From Octopus vulgaris (taxonomy: Eukaryota): a stretch of 64,000 bases of DNA. A program made the position numbers and the translations under genes. Numbering within the stretch: position 1 is the first letter of the stretch; every line of letters starts with the position of its first letter. The notes below the pieces were generated by a model. It was not told the origin of the DNA and ran no database searches. It saw nothing but the letters and a program-made list of their open reading frames with translations. Shown piece after piece: positions 27,286 to 40,989 of this stretch. Location: contig OX597818.1 in the NCBI GenBank assembly GCA_951406725.2, positions 130,944,001 to 131,008,000 on the forward strand. Reading direction: 5' to 3'.

Positions 27286-28376
27286 CCATCAACATTATAA
27301 CTATTACGAAATCTATGATTGTTATCCCAAACACTATACACACCACCTCGGCCTACCTCCTCACTAACAAGTCCTCCCACCACCACCACCACCACCAGCA
27401 AACTACCATCACCACTGTTAATACTACTATCGTTATCACCACCACCCTACCTCTTACAACTCCTCTTCCAGCATCTCCATCATTACTACTACTGTGTCAA
27501 CGACCGCCGCCACCACCACCACCACCACCACCACCACCACCACCAATATCATCCTGATCATCCTCACTGTCTTCCTACCTACAACCCTTCACTGCTACCA
27601 CTACCACAACCACTACCACAACCACCACCACCATTACTACCACCACCACCACTACCACCACCACTACCACCACCACCACCAATATCATCCTGATCATCCT
27701 CACCGTCTTCCTACCTACAACTCTTCACTGCTACCACTACCACAACCACCACCAACACCATTACTACCACTACCACCACCACCACCACCATCACCGCCAC
27801 TGCCACCACTGTCACCATCCACATCTCACCACTACCAATATCATGGCTACTTATAGTACCATCCACCACACCATCCATCACACCATTGCTAATATTCCAG
27901 TCAAGAATATCATAACTACCAACCCATCACCATCACCGCTGGCACCACCACCACCAACACCACCACTACCACCACTACCACTACCACTACCACCACCACC
28001 GACAGCACCATCGACATCGCCACCGCCCTCACCAGGGTAGTTAATGTCTTAATAACTTGATGGGTGATTATCATCGCTTAAGAAAAAATTATCCAGAGTT
28101 GTATTTTTAGAAGGGGGGGGGAGGAGAAGGTAGGAGAGTTGGGAGTGGGTGGCGAAGGGAGGGTCATGGATTTGGATGTGCAAGTGGAGCGGAGGGCGCG
28201 GGATATTTGCTCGGACTGTATTATTTAAAAAAAAACAAAAAACATTTGTTTTCTTTTGGCTTTTCTCAAGAGTGGAAAAACGAAAAACCACGGAGGCCAG
28301 GGTGTGGTCGGTGAGGGAGCAGGAAGGGAATGTTTTTGATAGTAGTGTTAATTATGATGATAATGATGACGACTGC

Positions 28377-28422
<46 letters not shown>

Positions 28423-28870
28423 GTGATGGTACTGATGGAACTACTTAGTTATAGTGGTATGCGATGGCGGCGGTGGTGTTATGGGTTGGTTGTAGTTAAG
28501 GCGGTGGGGATGATAGAAAAAGCTGTTGCTGACTTTGTTGTTGTTGTTGTTGTTGTTGCTGTTGTTGTTGTTATCCCTTGTATTCATTCTTCCTTTTTCA
28601 GATTCTTTTGACAGGGCTAGCAATCAAAAGATTGTGGTACATATACATACATACATAAAGAAATACATGTATGTATGTATGTATGTATGTATGTATGTAT
28701 GTATGTGAATGTGTGTGTATGTATGTATGTGTGTGTATGTGTGTGTGTAATGTATGTATGTATGTATGTGTGTGTGTGGTGGTGTATGTATGTATGTATG
28801 TATGTGTGTGTGTGTGATGTATGTATGTATGTATGTATGTATGTGTGTGTGATGTATGTATGTATGCATC

Positions 28871-28945
28871 ATGATGATGATGATGATGACAATGATGATG
28901 ATGATGATGATGAAGATGATGATGACGATGATGATGATGATGACA

Positions 28946-28976
<31 letters not shown>

Positions 28977-28978
28977 CA

Positions 28979-29009
<31 letters not shown>

Positions 29010-29209
29010 CAATGATGATGATGATGATGATGATGACGATGATGATGATGATGACAATGATGATGATGATGATAATGATGATGATGATGACAATGATGAT
29101 GATGATGATGATGATGACAATGATGATGCTGATGATGATGACAATGATGATGATGACGATGATGATGATGATGACAATGATGATGATGACGATGATGATG
29201 ATGATGACA

Positions 29210-29258
<49 letters not shown>

Positions 29259-29260
29259 CA

Positions 29261-29309
<49 letters not shown>

Positions 29310-29551
29310 CAATGATGATGACAATGATGATGATGATGATGATGATGATGACAATGATGATGATGATGATGATGATGACAATGATGATGATGATGATGAT
29401 GATGACGATGATGATGATGATGACAATGATGATGATGATGATAATGATGATGATGATGACAATGATGATGATGATGATGATGATGACAATGATGATGCTG
29501 ATGATGATGATGATGATGACAATGATGATGATGACGATGATGATGATGACA

Positions 29552-29582
<31 letters not shown>

Positions 29583-29584
29583 CA

Positions 29585-29633
<49 letters not shown>

Positions 29634-29641
29634 CAATGACA

Positions 29642-29699
<58 letters not shown>

Positions 29700-29830
29700 C
29701 AATGATGATGATGATGATGATGATGACGATGATGATGATGATGACAATGATGATGATGATGATGATGATGACAATGATGATGCTGATGATGATGACAATG
29801 ATGATGATGACGATGATGATGATGATGACA

Positions 29831-29867
<37 letters not shown>

Positions 29868-29956
29868 CAATGATGATGACAATGATGATGATGATGATGA
29901 TGATGATGACAATGATGATGATGATGATGATGATGACGATGATGATGATGATGACA

Positions 29957-30017
<61 letters not shown>

Positions 30018-30085
30018 CAATGATGATGCTGATGATGATGATGATGATGACAATGATGATGATGACGATGATGATGATGATGACA

Positions 30086-30119
<34 letters not shown>

Positions 30120-30132
30120 CAATGATGATGAC

Positions 30133-30187
<55 letters not shown>

Positions 30188-30255
30188 CAATGATGATGAT
30201 GACGATGATGATAATGATGACAATGATGATGATGATGACAATGATGATGATGACA

Positions 30256-30286
<31 letters not shown>

Positions 30287-30308
30287 CAATGATGACGATG
30301 ATGATGAC

Positions 30309-30343
<35 letters not shown>
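28871..30343. repeat. About 1.5-kb interrupted (GAT)n array with higher-order structure
   Basis: GACAAT punctuation throughout; GCT markers at 29128, 29497, 29782 and 30028. Confidence 0.97.
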
Positions 30344-30344
<1 letters not shown>

Positions 30345-30861
30345 GTTGACAATGAAAACAGCAACAATGACAACAAGGAAAAAATGATGATGACTAGAGG
30401 AGGGAAGGAGGATTATTACAAGGAGATTGATGAAACAGAACTAGTAGCAGTAATGATGTTGCTGTTGCTGTTGTAGTGTTGGAGAGGCTGTAGTTGGAGA
30501 GGCAGCAACAATAGTTTAGACTTGTAACTGCCTAATAAATCTCAAGAGGGTCTGTTTAGTTCTTCTTCTTTAGCTCCATGTCAGTTCTGTTTGTGCAGAT
30601 GTATGATCAACTGCTTTCCAAGAAATTCAACTATTATTTTCAGGTGTTAAAATGGACATTATGTAGAGGCCCTTCCTTACTATGCTTTGAAATTCCAAAG
30701 GCTTTTAAAGGACAATGTCATTCTACTCCATTTTTCATGATGTGGAGTGGACGAAAGATAAATCTGCTCCTAGGATAAGATGCCAGTCTACCACAGACAA
30801 GATGATTTGATAGCAATATGTAACTATCAATTAATAAGGAAACTATCAATTAAAGAGGAAA

Positions 30862-31080
30862 CATCATCATCATCATCGTTTAACGTCTGCTTTTCATGTT
30901 AGCATGGGTTGGACGACTTGATTGAGGACCAGTGAACCAGATGGCTGCACCAGGCTCCAGTCTGATCTGGCAGAGTTCTACAGCTGGATGCCCTTCCTAA
31001 TGCCAACCACTCCGAGAGTGTAGTGGGTGCTTTTACATGCCACCGGCACAAGGGCCAGTCAGGCGGTAATGGCAACAGCA
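30862..31080 (-). mobile_element. Family C RTE 3'-UTR fragment
   Basis: (cat)n tail and ggatgcccttcctaatgccaacc motif. Confidence 0.85.
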
Positions 31081-31104
31081 ACAGAACTGGCAACATAAAA
31101 TATA

Positions 31105-31390
31105 ATTGTTATATTTCAGGCTGGTCATTTTTTTCTCTTGCCAAATAAACACACTCACTACATATTCATTCTTCACTCGTTTATTATTGTTCTTATTTTA
31201 TCTTAGGTACATTGGACCTCTTCAGTGACTCTTCCATGGTTACTGAAGAGGTCACAGATGTGTGATGAAAGATTTCCAGACAATGGACATAGAATAAAAT
31301 AAGAACAGTAATTCACGAGTGAAGAATGAGTGTATAGTGCATGTGTCTATTTGGTAAGAAAAAAAAATGACCATCTCTAAATATAACAAT
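31105..31390. repeat. Long imperfect inverted repeat made of two opposed family H3 segments
   Basis: attgttatattt...attcattcttcactcgt...gacctcttcagt versus actgaagaggtc...acgagtgaagaatga...aaatataacaat. Confidence 0.75.
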
Positions 31391-31649
31391 ATTTGTTTCA
31401 AGACATGAGTTCACATCAGGAATCTTATAACACAAAGTCATAAATATAAAATATAATATTCTACACTAAAACACAATAAACCAGCATTTATATTGGATTT
31501 GAATAGGTGACTATTTCGAAGGAAATGATGATAAAACTTCGGTAAATAAGTTATTTTATATTAAACATAACTAGTCCTGGAACTTTTTGATACCACCTCA
31601 TAAATATATGCACACATATGATATAACTGATAGCTTCTTTCAGTAGCTC

Positions 31650-32160
31650 CTGTCGGCAGCTCCATAAAGAAGTGTCAGTTACTCAGAGTGGATGGAGCTC
31701 ATGGAAGAAGGAGACCCAGCAAGACATGAGACAAAGTACAGAGGGATAACCTCAGGACACTGAACTTTGAACTTTTCAGAGGAGATGACAAAGGACTGAG
31801 ATATCTGGTACCTTACTGTATTCAAAACAACCTGTACTGCACAACAGAAGTGGTAAGGCTATTCCACTTGAGGAAGAGGTTGGGCTGCAAGAGCCCTGTG
31901 TTGGTGCTATGCAAAAAAAGACACTCATGCTAGCACTCTGTAAAAGTGCTTGATCTGGTGCCATGTTAAATGTACCCAATACATAATGTAAAGTGGCTGG
32001 TATTAGGAAGAGCATCCAGCTGTAGAAATCATGCCAAAAATGTAACAGAGCCTAGTGTAGCTCTCTGGCTTACCAGCTCCTGTCAAACTGTCGAACCCAT
32101 GCCAACATGGAAGACAGATATTAAATGCTGCTGCTGCTGATGATGATGATTATGATGATA
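31650..32160 (+). mobile_element. Decayed RTE LINE 3' end
   Basis: SSIKKCQLLRVDGAHGRRRPSKT* is homologous to 550-620, followed by the family C UTR and a (GAT)n tail. Confidence 0.8.
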
Positions 32161-32249
32161 ACTGAATGATTAAGAAGTTCACTTTGCAGCCATGAGAATT
32201 CACTTCACATCATGAAAATGGAATAGAGTGTCACTGTCCCTTAAAAATA

Positions 32250-33122
32250 AACACCAGTTGGGTACTGGGGGTTGATGGTAATAACTTACCTATTCCCGAA
32301 AATTGCTGACCTTATGCCTAAAATCAGAAATTATTGTTATTATTATTATAAACCTAAGTACCAGTTGTGCACTGAGGGCAATGCAACTGACTAGCCCTCT
32401 CCTCCAATATTTCAGGTCTTGTGCCAATAATAGAAAGGATTATCTTTATTATTTAAGGGGAGATTAGGCGGCAAACTGGCAGAATCGTTAGCATGCCAGG
32501 TGCAATGCATAGTGGTATTTCTTCTGTCGTTACGTTCTGAGTTCAAATTCTACTGAGGTCGACTTTGCTTTTCATCCTGTCAGGGTCAATAAATTAAGCA
32601 CCAGTTGAGTACTCAGATTGATGTGAATGAGTGACCCCCTCCCCAGAAAATCCAGGCCTTGTATCTATAGTAGAAAGGATTATTTAAAGGGGAGATCAGG
32701 CAAAATTATTTAAAGGGGAGATCAGGTAAAATTTTATCCATCTTTACATTCTGAGTTCAAATTAGGATGTGATGGACTTTTATCTTTTGTTCTTAAGGGG
32801 TTGATGAAATAACTACCAGTTAAGCATTGGGAGGAAAATATAATTGAAAAGCACCCTGCCTCATAATTTCTGGTTTTGTGCCTTTAGCAGAAAGCGTTGT
32901 TATTGTTAAGGTGGCGAGTTGGCAGAACTTTTAGCATGCTGGGCAAAATAGTTAGTGGCATTTTGTCTGTCTTTACGTTCTGAGTTCAGATTCTGCCGAG
33001 GTCGACTTTGCCTTTCATCCTTTTAGGGTTGATAAATTAAGTACCAGTGAAACACTGGGGTTGATGTGATTGGCTAGTCCATCCACACAAACTTCAGGCC
33101 TTGTGCCTTTAGTAGAAATGAA

Positions 33123-33186
<64 letters not shown>

Positions 33187-33835
33187 TAGGCAGCGAGTTG
33201 GCAGAATCATTAGCACACTGGATGAAATGCTTAGTGGTAATTCACCTGTTGCTATATTCTGAGTTCAAATTCCATTGAGGTCAACGTTGCCTTTTATCCT
33301 TTCAGGGTTGATAAATTAAGTACCAGTGAAATACTGGGGTTGATGTAATCGACTAGTCCCCTCCACCAAAATTTCAGGCCTTGTGCCTATAGTAGAAAGG
33401 GTTATTATTATTATTTATTGCTATTATTTCATCCTTTTGGGTGACAATAAATTAAATACCAATTGAGCCTTGAGGGTCAAAGTAATTAACTTAGCCCTCC
33501 CACCCCCAAAATTGCTGGCCTTGTGCCAAAATTTGAAACCATTATTATTATTATTATTGTTATTATCATCATTATTATTATTATTATTAGGGTGGCAAGC
33601 TGGCAGAATCACTAGCATGCTGGGCAAAATACTTAGTGGTGTTTTGTCTGTTGCTATGTTCTGAGTTCAAATACGGCCAAAGTTGACTTTGCTTTTCATC
33701 CTTTTGGGGTTGATAAAATGAGTACCAGCTGAGCACTGGGGTTAATGTAATCAACTATTCCACTTCCCCAAAATTTCAGACCTTGTGCCTTTAGTAGAAA
33801 GGATTATTATTATCATTATTATTATTATAATTATT
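32250..33835. mobile_element. Cluster of about 7-8 SINE B copies and fragments separated by (TAT)n
   Basis: Repeated ggcagaa/gagttcaaat/ggttgataaa/ggccttgtgcc modules, mostly on the + strand, with one minus-strand piece near 33430-33540. Confidence 0.8.
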
Positions 33836-33932
33836 ATTTGCCAGATCAGACTGGGCCTGATGCAGCCCCTTCTGGCTTCACAGACCCCACTTGAACCGTC
33901 CAACCCATGCTAGCATGGATAGTGGACGCTAA

Positions 33933-33989
<57 letters not shown>

Positions 33990-35837
33990 AGCAATATTGT
34001 GTCAACAAAGAATTGGTCACTGAAATTACTTGTACATCAGTATTGGAAATAACATAAGTTCATTTCCTCGTAGACCCTTGCTGCTGCTATTGTGGTAGCA
34101 CTTTGCTTTCTATTTATCTATTCATTCATTTATTTATTTGTTCACTTATTTATCCATTTATAAATACCAGAACAGAAAGAAGAAGACAGCAACCTGCCAA
34201 ATGGCATGACCAAAACATCCAAGTAACCTTTAGACATAAGAAAAACAGAGTGGAGATTTGAGGAAAGTCTAAAGCTAATTACAAAGTTTTTAATACATTA
34301 AATCTTCCAAATTGAGCACTTAAAAGTTAGAAACATCGTTATGTTCTCTGATGAGGAGAGGATATATGTCTTATTCGTAATCAGTTCGATCAAATCAGGC
34401 AGTGATTGCCATTTCTAGAGACATCTTAATGAACGCTAGTCTTAAATGAGATAATTACATTTTCAAAACAAATTCTTGGTGCTTTCAGGGTATTTGTTCC
34501 AACCCATTCTTTTGAAATCCTTTCTAAAGAAAAAGCAATCCTGTTTCATATCAAAACAACAGCAGAAACCATTTATATATTTATTTATTTATATATTTAT
34601 TTATGTATTTATTCATTTATTTATTTATTTTATTCATGGGTTGTAAGTTGTTTGTTTGTTTGTTTGTTTTTATATTGTTGTTTTCTTTTAAAATTTATTT
34701 TCATCTTTAATCCATCTACCTGTTTATTTTTGGTGTTGTTTCTTCTCATTTAATAAAAGGTCGCGTTTCCCAAAATCTGAAATGTATAGCTTGGTTGGTA
34801 ATGATAGCAAAAGCAACGATGACGACAACAACGATGATGATGATGATGTCAATTTCGTTAGTGATAGTGGTGGTGGTGGTGTTGGTGGTGGTTATTTAGA
34901 AAGACAAGAGAAAGGGAAAGTAGAAGATGACGAGGCAGAGGTAGAAGAGAAGAAAGAAAGAAGGAAAAACACTGCAGCATGCCTCATCAGTTTTCTTCCG
35001 CTAATCAGCTTTAAGCTCAGCACTTTTGTACATTTTAACCACTTACTTTGGTCTAGGTTCTTTGTAATCAAATTACTCACAAAACAACTGTTTTAATTCC
35101 AGCAACAACCGTTAAGAACTTGCAACCAAAACCTGAAATGTGTTTTGTAGTTTATAAGTAAATTGGATGTCGGATGTCAATATCTAAGGGAATTGAAAGA
35201 AGAGGGAAACAAAGATGATGAGATTTAAACAGAAAGAGTGAGATAAAGAGAGCGAGAGAGAGAGAGAGAGAGGAGAAAGAGAGAAAGCCATCTCTTGAAT
35301 ATATTGCATTGGTTTACCTTTGCTCTTGTTGGAATTCCTCCTAGCAGTAGTTGAACCATTTCATTTAAATCTAATCTATGCTCCATACTTAAGAGTTAGA
35401 AACTGTATTGTTGTTAGCGTTATTATTATTGCTCTTGTTGTTATTGTTGTTAGTCTTTTCTATTGATTTTTCTGTATATTTCTCCTTGTTTTTTTTTTCT
35501 GTTTTTATTTATTGTATTGCATTTCGTTTCCTTTTTCTTTATTTTTTTTCTGTTTTTCTTTCTTTAAGGCAATCCTTTAAAAATTATGTTAAGTGAAGTC
35601 AGACAAAATTATCATGACAAAACGAAAGACAAAAATAAAAAAACACAAAACAAAAACTAGAAACAGACAAACAATAAATCTATAAACTCTTACGTAAAGA
35701 TAATGATTTCTTTGCACCAGTGAAAAGATAAAAGATTCTACAACACGTGTGTTATCAATTTAATCAACTCACCCCAGTGTATGACTGGTACTGGTTTCAT
35801 GAGCACTCATCCACAGCCTCAGCTCATGTAAAGTAAG

Positions 35838-36085
35838 GTTACTTTCATGAGTCATGCTGACTCAAAAGGCTCGGTTTCCTGGCTGCCGTGGCTTATAAAT
35901 TCACCACCGGGATAGGACACTGATCCATCACTGGGTTACTAATTTTTGCCAAGTGAGTGGACTGAAAGATTGTGAAATGAAGTGTTTTGCTTAAGGACAC
36001 AACACATCACTCAGTCCAGGAATCGAAACCACAATCTTACAACCATGAGTCCAACACCCTAACCACTAAGACATGTGCCTCCACT
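35838..36085 (-). mobile_element. tRNA-derived SINE (family E) with CORE-like central segment
   Basis: ggaggcacatgtcttagtggttaggg head, ggtttcgattcc B box, gtgtccttaagcaaaacacttcatttc core. Confidence 0.7.
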
Positions 36086-36198
36086 TTGTTCATTGTAGAA
36101 GTATAACCAATTTGTTGCACATAAATTTTAACAATAAAATTTTATATGGACCCTAGATGAAAAACACTGATCTAGAACATATATATATATATATGTAT

Positions 36199-36248
<50 letters not shown>

Positions 36249-36279
36249 GTATGTATGTATATACATATATATGTATAAT

Positions 36280-36563
36280 GATGGACTCTCCCATCGTTAG
36301 ATGACGTATGAGGGTTGAACAATGTCTTACTAAAGAACCCCACAGATGATTTGTTTATAGGGATCAAATGTTTGTGTAGACTTAAGCTCACTCCCTCCAT
36401 CAAATTGACATTACCTGTACAGGTGCAACTGGGTGCCACATCTCAGATGTTAAAAATGACCGCAGAGCAGCATGAAATAAAGTGCTTTGCCCAGTCTTGG
36501 AATCAAAACCCACAATCTTACAATTATGCGTCCAACACCCTAACCACTAAGCCACATACCTCA
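36280..36563 (-). mobile_element. tRNA-derived SINE, D/E-type head with a further tail type
   Basis: tggcttagtggttagggtgttggac head. The tail ccctcatacgtcatctaacgatggg resembles the family D end. Confidence 0.6.
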
Positions 36564-37440
36564 GCTCATGACTTACAAATGAAAGGCAAACCTAGCCAAA
36601 GTCTCCTCTTGTGTCATTTGAACTCAGAACAAAAGTTAGTTATTGTATGGCATCCTGATCTTGCAATACACAATCTTCATAGACTATTAGCAAGACTCCC
36701 CAGTAATGTTTCCTCACCTTTTGTTAGTCTAACCCAGGGGTTCTCAACAATATTTTTCCAATGGACCCTTTTTGATTCCTATTTTAATCGGATGAACCTG
36801 CCTAGTCACTAAATGTTTATATTATATTTTATTCTTGGAGCTAGAATACAACATGAATGCATAGGTATGGATGTATGGTTGAAAAGTTCTCTTCCCAAGC
36901 ACATAGTTTTAGGTTCACATGCATTTTATCTCTTAACTTGCTTGCTTTGCCTGAGCAGGACATTGAGGACTAAATTAGTTTTTACTTGCAGAAGGGTTCT
37001 ACTTGAGGTCCCTTATCAACCATGATCACCTTAAGCTGGTTTCAGCTGCTATGTTTAACTCCTTGGTGGCCTTTTTCTGTTCTCTCAGTCCCAGATAAAC
37101 CTTCTACAGGAATTAGTACACTGATCCAGCTGTAAAGCTGTGGCAGCCAACTTCAATAGGGAATGAGACCATCAATCAATTCTAATAATTCTAATAATTA
37201 AGGAAGCTAAATTAGTTTAGATAGCACTGCTTTTTCTCCAGTAAAATGCTGTACTTTTTATTGTCATTTATGTAGTTTAGCACCAAGTCAGCTCTGATAG
37301 AGTGCATTTATTATCATAAGCATTCAGAAAGTAACTATCCCATATTTTTGTTTCTCTAGGACAACATTAGCTAAATCTACAATCAAGTTTAATTTACATA
37401 TTCAGTGTTTGCTGATATCTGTAGGTTTATTCTGAAGTGC

Positions 37441-37829
37441 GGAGGCGCAATGGCCCAGTGGTTAGGGCAGCGGACTCGCGGTCGTAGGAACGCGGTTTCG
37501 ATTCCCAGACTGGGTGTCGTGAGTGTTTATTGAGAGAAAACACCTAAAGCTCCACGTGGCTCTGGCAGGGGATGGTGGTGATCCCTGCTGTACTCTTTCA
37601 CCACAACTTTCTCTCACTCTTACTTCCTGTTTCTGTTGTGCCTGTATTTCAAAGGGCCAGCCTTGTCACTCTCTGTGTCACGCTGAATATCCCCGAGAAC
37701 TACGTTAAGGGTACACGTGTCTGTGGAGTGCTCAGCCACTTACACGTTAATTTCATGAGCAGGCTGTTCCGTTGATCGGATCAACCGGAACCCTCGTCGT
37801 CGTAACCGACGGAGTGCTTCCACCATCCA
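37441..37829 (+). mobile_element. Full-length young tRNA-derived SINE (family D) with 12-bp TSD
   Basis: attctgaagtgc at 37429-37440 and 37830-37841; A box tggcccagtgg, B box ggtttcgattccc. Confidence 0.92.
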
Positions 37830-38538
37830 ATTCTGAAGTGCATTATCAGCATCATCATCAACAGCAGCAGCAGTAGCAGCATTTGAAATCCGTGTTTCAT
37901 GCTGACATGGGTTGAATGGTTTGGCGAGAATCCAGTGACCCAGGGCTCCGGTGTATTTTTTGTATTTTATTGACTTATGTAAGAGGTTTATTGCCTCAAA
38001 AGGTTTTTTATATAGCAAAAATGTAAGTGGTTTATTGCCTCATTAATGTGTTTTTTTTTTTTTTGAACTGTGTAAGAGGTTTATTGCCTCGTGTGATACT
38101 TTAAAAGAACAATGTTTTAGAGAAGCAAAAGTCAGCGGGCGCTTTTCGTCTTCTCCCATCCTTATCATCCTTGTAGCATTAACATTCATCTCATTAATGT
38201 CCGTGTCCAGCCCGCAAGCTTCCTTTCTCTATGTACTACCTTTATGGCAAATCTAACAAAATAAAGGATTCAGTGACCCAAGGACTGCATTGTATTCTTG
38301 TGTCTGCTTTGGCATGGTTTCTGTGGCTGCATGCCCTTCCTAATGCCAACCACTTTACTGTGTGTACAGGCTGCTATTTTCATAACACTGGCACAATTGA
38401 GGCTACCATGTAACTCACAAATCAATAGGCCCAGGGAGGGAAGATGTTACCTCTGTATGTTAGATTGGGGTTAAGGTATGAGGGTGGAGGTTGGAATAGA
38501 ACAGGTTCTTGTAGAGAAGCTACATGGTTACTCAACTT

Positions 38539-38773
38539 TAAGGCGGTGAGCTAGCAGAAATGTTAGCACGCCGGGCGAAATGCTTAGCGGTATTTCATCT
38601 GCCGTTATGTTCTGAGTTCAAATTCCGCCGAGGTCGACTTTGCCTTTCATCCTTTTGGGGTCGATTAAATAAGTACCAGTTATGCACTGGGGTTGATATA
38701 ATCGACTTAATCCGTTTATCTGTCCTTGTTTGTCCTCTCTGTGTTTAGCCCCTTGTGGGTAGTAAAGAAATAA
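38539..38773 (+). mobile_element. SINE family B flanked by a 65-bp direct duplication
   Basis: 38476-38540 is identical to 38774-38838. Confidence 0.92.
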
Positions 38774-39399
38774 GTATGAGGGTGGAGGTTGGAATAGAAC
38801 AGGTTCTTGTAGAGAAGCTACATGGTTACTCAACTTTAGGAGAGAGAGTGAGAACAGATTGGAGATATTGCCAGGGAAGTACTTCAATCCATTTGAGAAG
38901 ATAATGCATAATCATAGTTATGATAATGCATTATCTGTATAGTTAGTGATAATTATGCCCAATAATTAACATATGATTGTAAGCATAATTAACCTAATGA
39001 CTTATGTTATATCTCTGAATAATACTGATTTTCTATCAGTTTCAAAGAAAAGCTTTCGGTTAGTTGTTCAACTGACTGAATTCCTACTCATGAGATTAAC
39101 ATGTAACTGGCTGAGTATTCCAAAGACATCCATAACCTTAATGCAATTCTCAGATTTAATCAGCATGATTCGAAGCAACAAAGCTACACCTTTGAATTAC
39201 AGATATAATTCGGGGAGAAAAAGAGAAAGTGGGAGAAGCATGATTCCAAAGAGTACACTGGTACTTTATTTATCAACTTCAAATGAATCAAATGAAAAGT
39301 TGGTCTCTGTGGGATTTGAACTTAGAACGCAAAGAACTGGAATATCACAATGCTTTCTATCCACCACTCAAGCAATTCTGCTAGTTCACCTCCTTATAT

Positions 39400-40052
39400 A
39401 ATATATTTGATATGTCATAAATTTATTATTAATATCATATCATTTATAATTAATAATATTTTTTGCAATAACATAATCAGTATCATATTATTATTTTATA
39501 TACTTAATATATAGTATGGCATAATATAATTTATATCATATCATTGTGTGAAATAATTGTATGTAACATTATATTATTAAATTATATAGAATTATAATTA
39601 ATGTGTATCACTGAGTAACATGACAAAGATCATATTACTGTTTAACATAACTTAATCTATCACAGTGAAAATAATATATTATGTCATATAATTAGTATTA
39701 TATTATGAGAAATTATAAATAATATCACATCACTGTATGACTAATAACTTTGCATAATATAATATTTGATATCAGTGTAATGTAATTAATATATCTGTAA
39801 TATATTATTGGGTAATGTAATTAGCGTTAGTTAAATTATGGGGAAATGTGATCGATATAATATCTCTGTGAAATATAATTAATATCTTATCGTTATGATA
39901 TATAATTAAATAACACATCACTATGTTATACATACATACACACACATATATATACATATATATATATATACATATATATATACATACATATATACATATA
40001 TATATATATTAATATATTCATATATATATATATATGTATGTATGTATTAGTA

Positions 40053-40085
<33 letters not shown>

Positions 40086-40200
40086 TTTATTATATTATGA
40101 GAAAAATGTAATCAACAATATCACAGTGGCATATAATGAGTGGTATCATAACATTATGAGATATAATTTATATCATTATTGTGTATTATAATTGCTAATG
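39400..40200. repeat. Very AT-rich degenerate tandem repeat
   Basis: Recurrent aatatcatatca/tataatt motifs at roughly 30-bp scale. Confidence 0.55.
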
Positions 40201-40594
40201 AAGGCACAGTAAAATACATAGTTCAGGAGTACACACTGCAGCCATAGCGTCCCAAGTTCAATTCCACTACATAGCGTCTTGACAAATGTCATTTCTTTAA
40301 TCTCAGGTCAGTTTATATTTTATGAATGAAATTGGGAAGATGGAAACTGAAGTGAAACCTGTCAGGTGTACTGAGTCTGTAATCCAAAAGGTACAAACCT
40401 GTTACACACTGTCTCATGCTAATTCTGTATAAGAATTACATTAAGGGTACGCATGTCTGTAGAATACTCAGCTACTCACATGCTAATTCAAGAACATGTA
40501 ATCCAGTTGAGTAAGCAACAATTATTAAATAACAGAGATCCACCATGCCACCACTACCAACATAATTGCAAATGTGCATTGTATCAGAGAGAAA

Positions 40595-40989
40595 TCTTTA
40601 TATATAAAAGTGAATGTGTGTCTGTCTCCTACGATTTAGATTCCTAACTACTCCCACATTTTGCGGTGCAGTGTAACCAAAAGTGGGTATCTTATAGTCG
40701 TGATTCATATCGAGCCCTTCTGGGTATTAGCGCATGCCTATGATGAGACTACAATTTTAAAAAATTTACCATCATTTTTTTCCATTTTAATGCATTTTTT
40801 CGCTATTATATAAGGGAAGTAACTCTCTAAAAATGTATACGATGAGTCAACGATTTTTAAAAAAATTTACCATCATTTTTTTTTCCATTTTTAATGCATT
40901 TTTTTGCTATTTTTTGGCTATAACTCTCTAAAAATGCTTATATAGTTATTTCCCTTACAAACCCGAGCAACGCTGGGCGATACTGCTAG
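40595..40989 (+). mobile_element. Non-autonomous Helitron
   Basis: A|TC start, CTAG|T end, subterminal hairpin cccgagcaacgctggg (40962-40977), no TSD, internal ~100-bp tandem duplication. Confidence 0.82.

Noticed and set aside
34349-34390. CUGAUGA as hammerhead core (also on the minus strand near 34985)
   Set aside because: No GAAA after a stem II and no stem I/III pairing.
34720-34776. Neuropeptide amidation site (DFGKR)
   Set aside because: A single short motif in one possible frame, with no precursor context.
37441-37515. tRNA gene
   Set aside because: The tRNA-like A/B boxes continue into a SINE body with a TSD, and there is no proper acceptor stem. The same applies to the family A and B heads.
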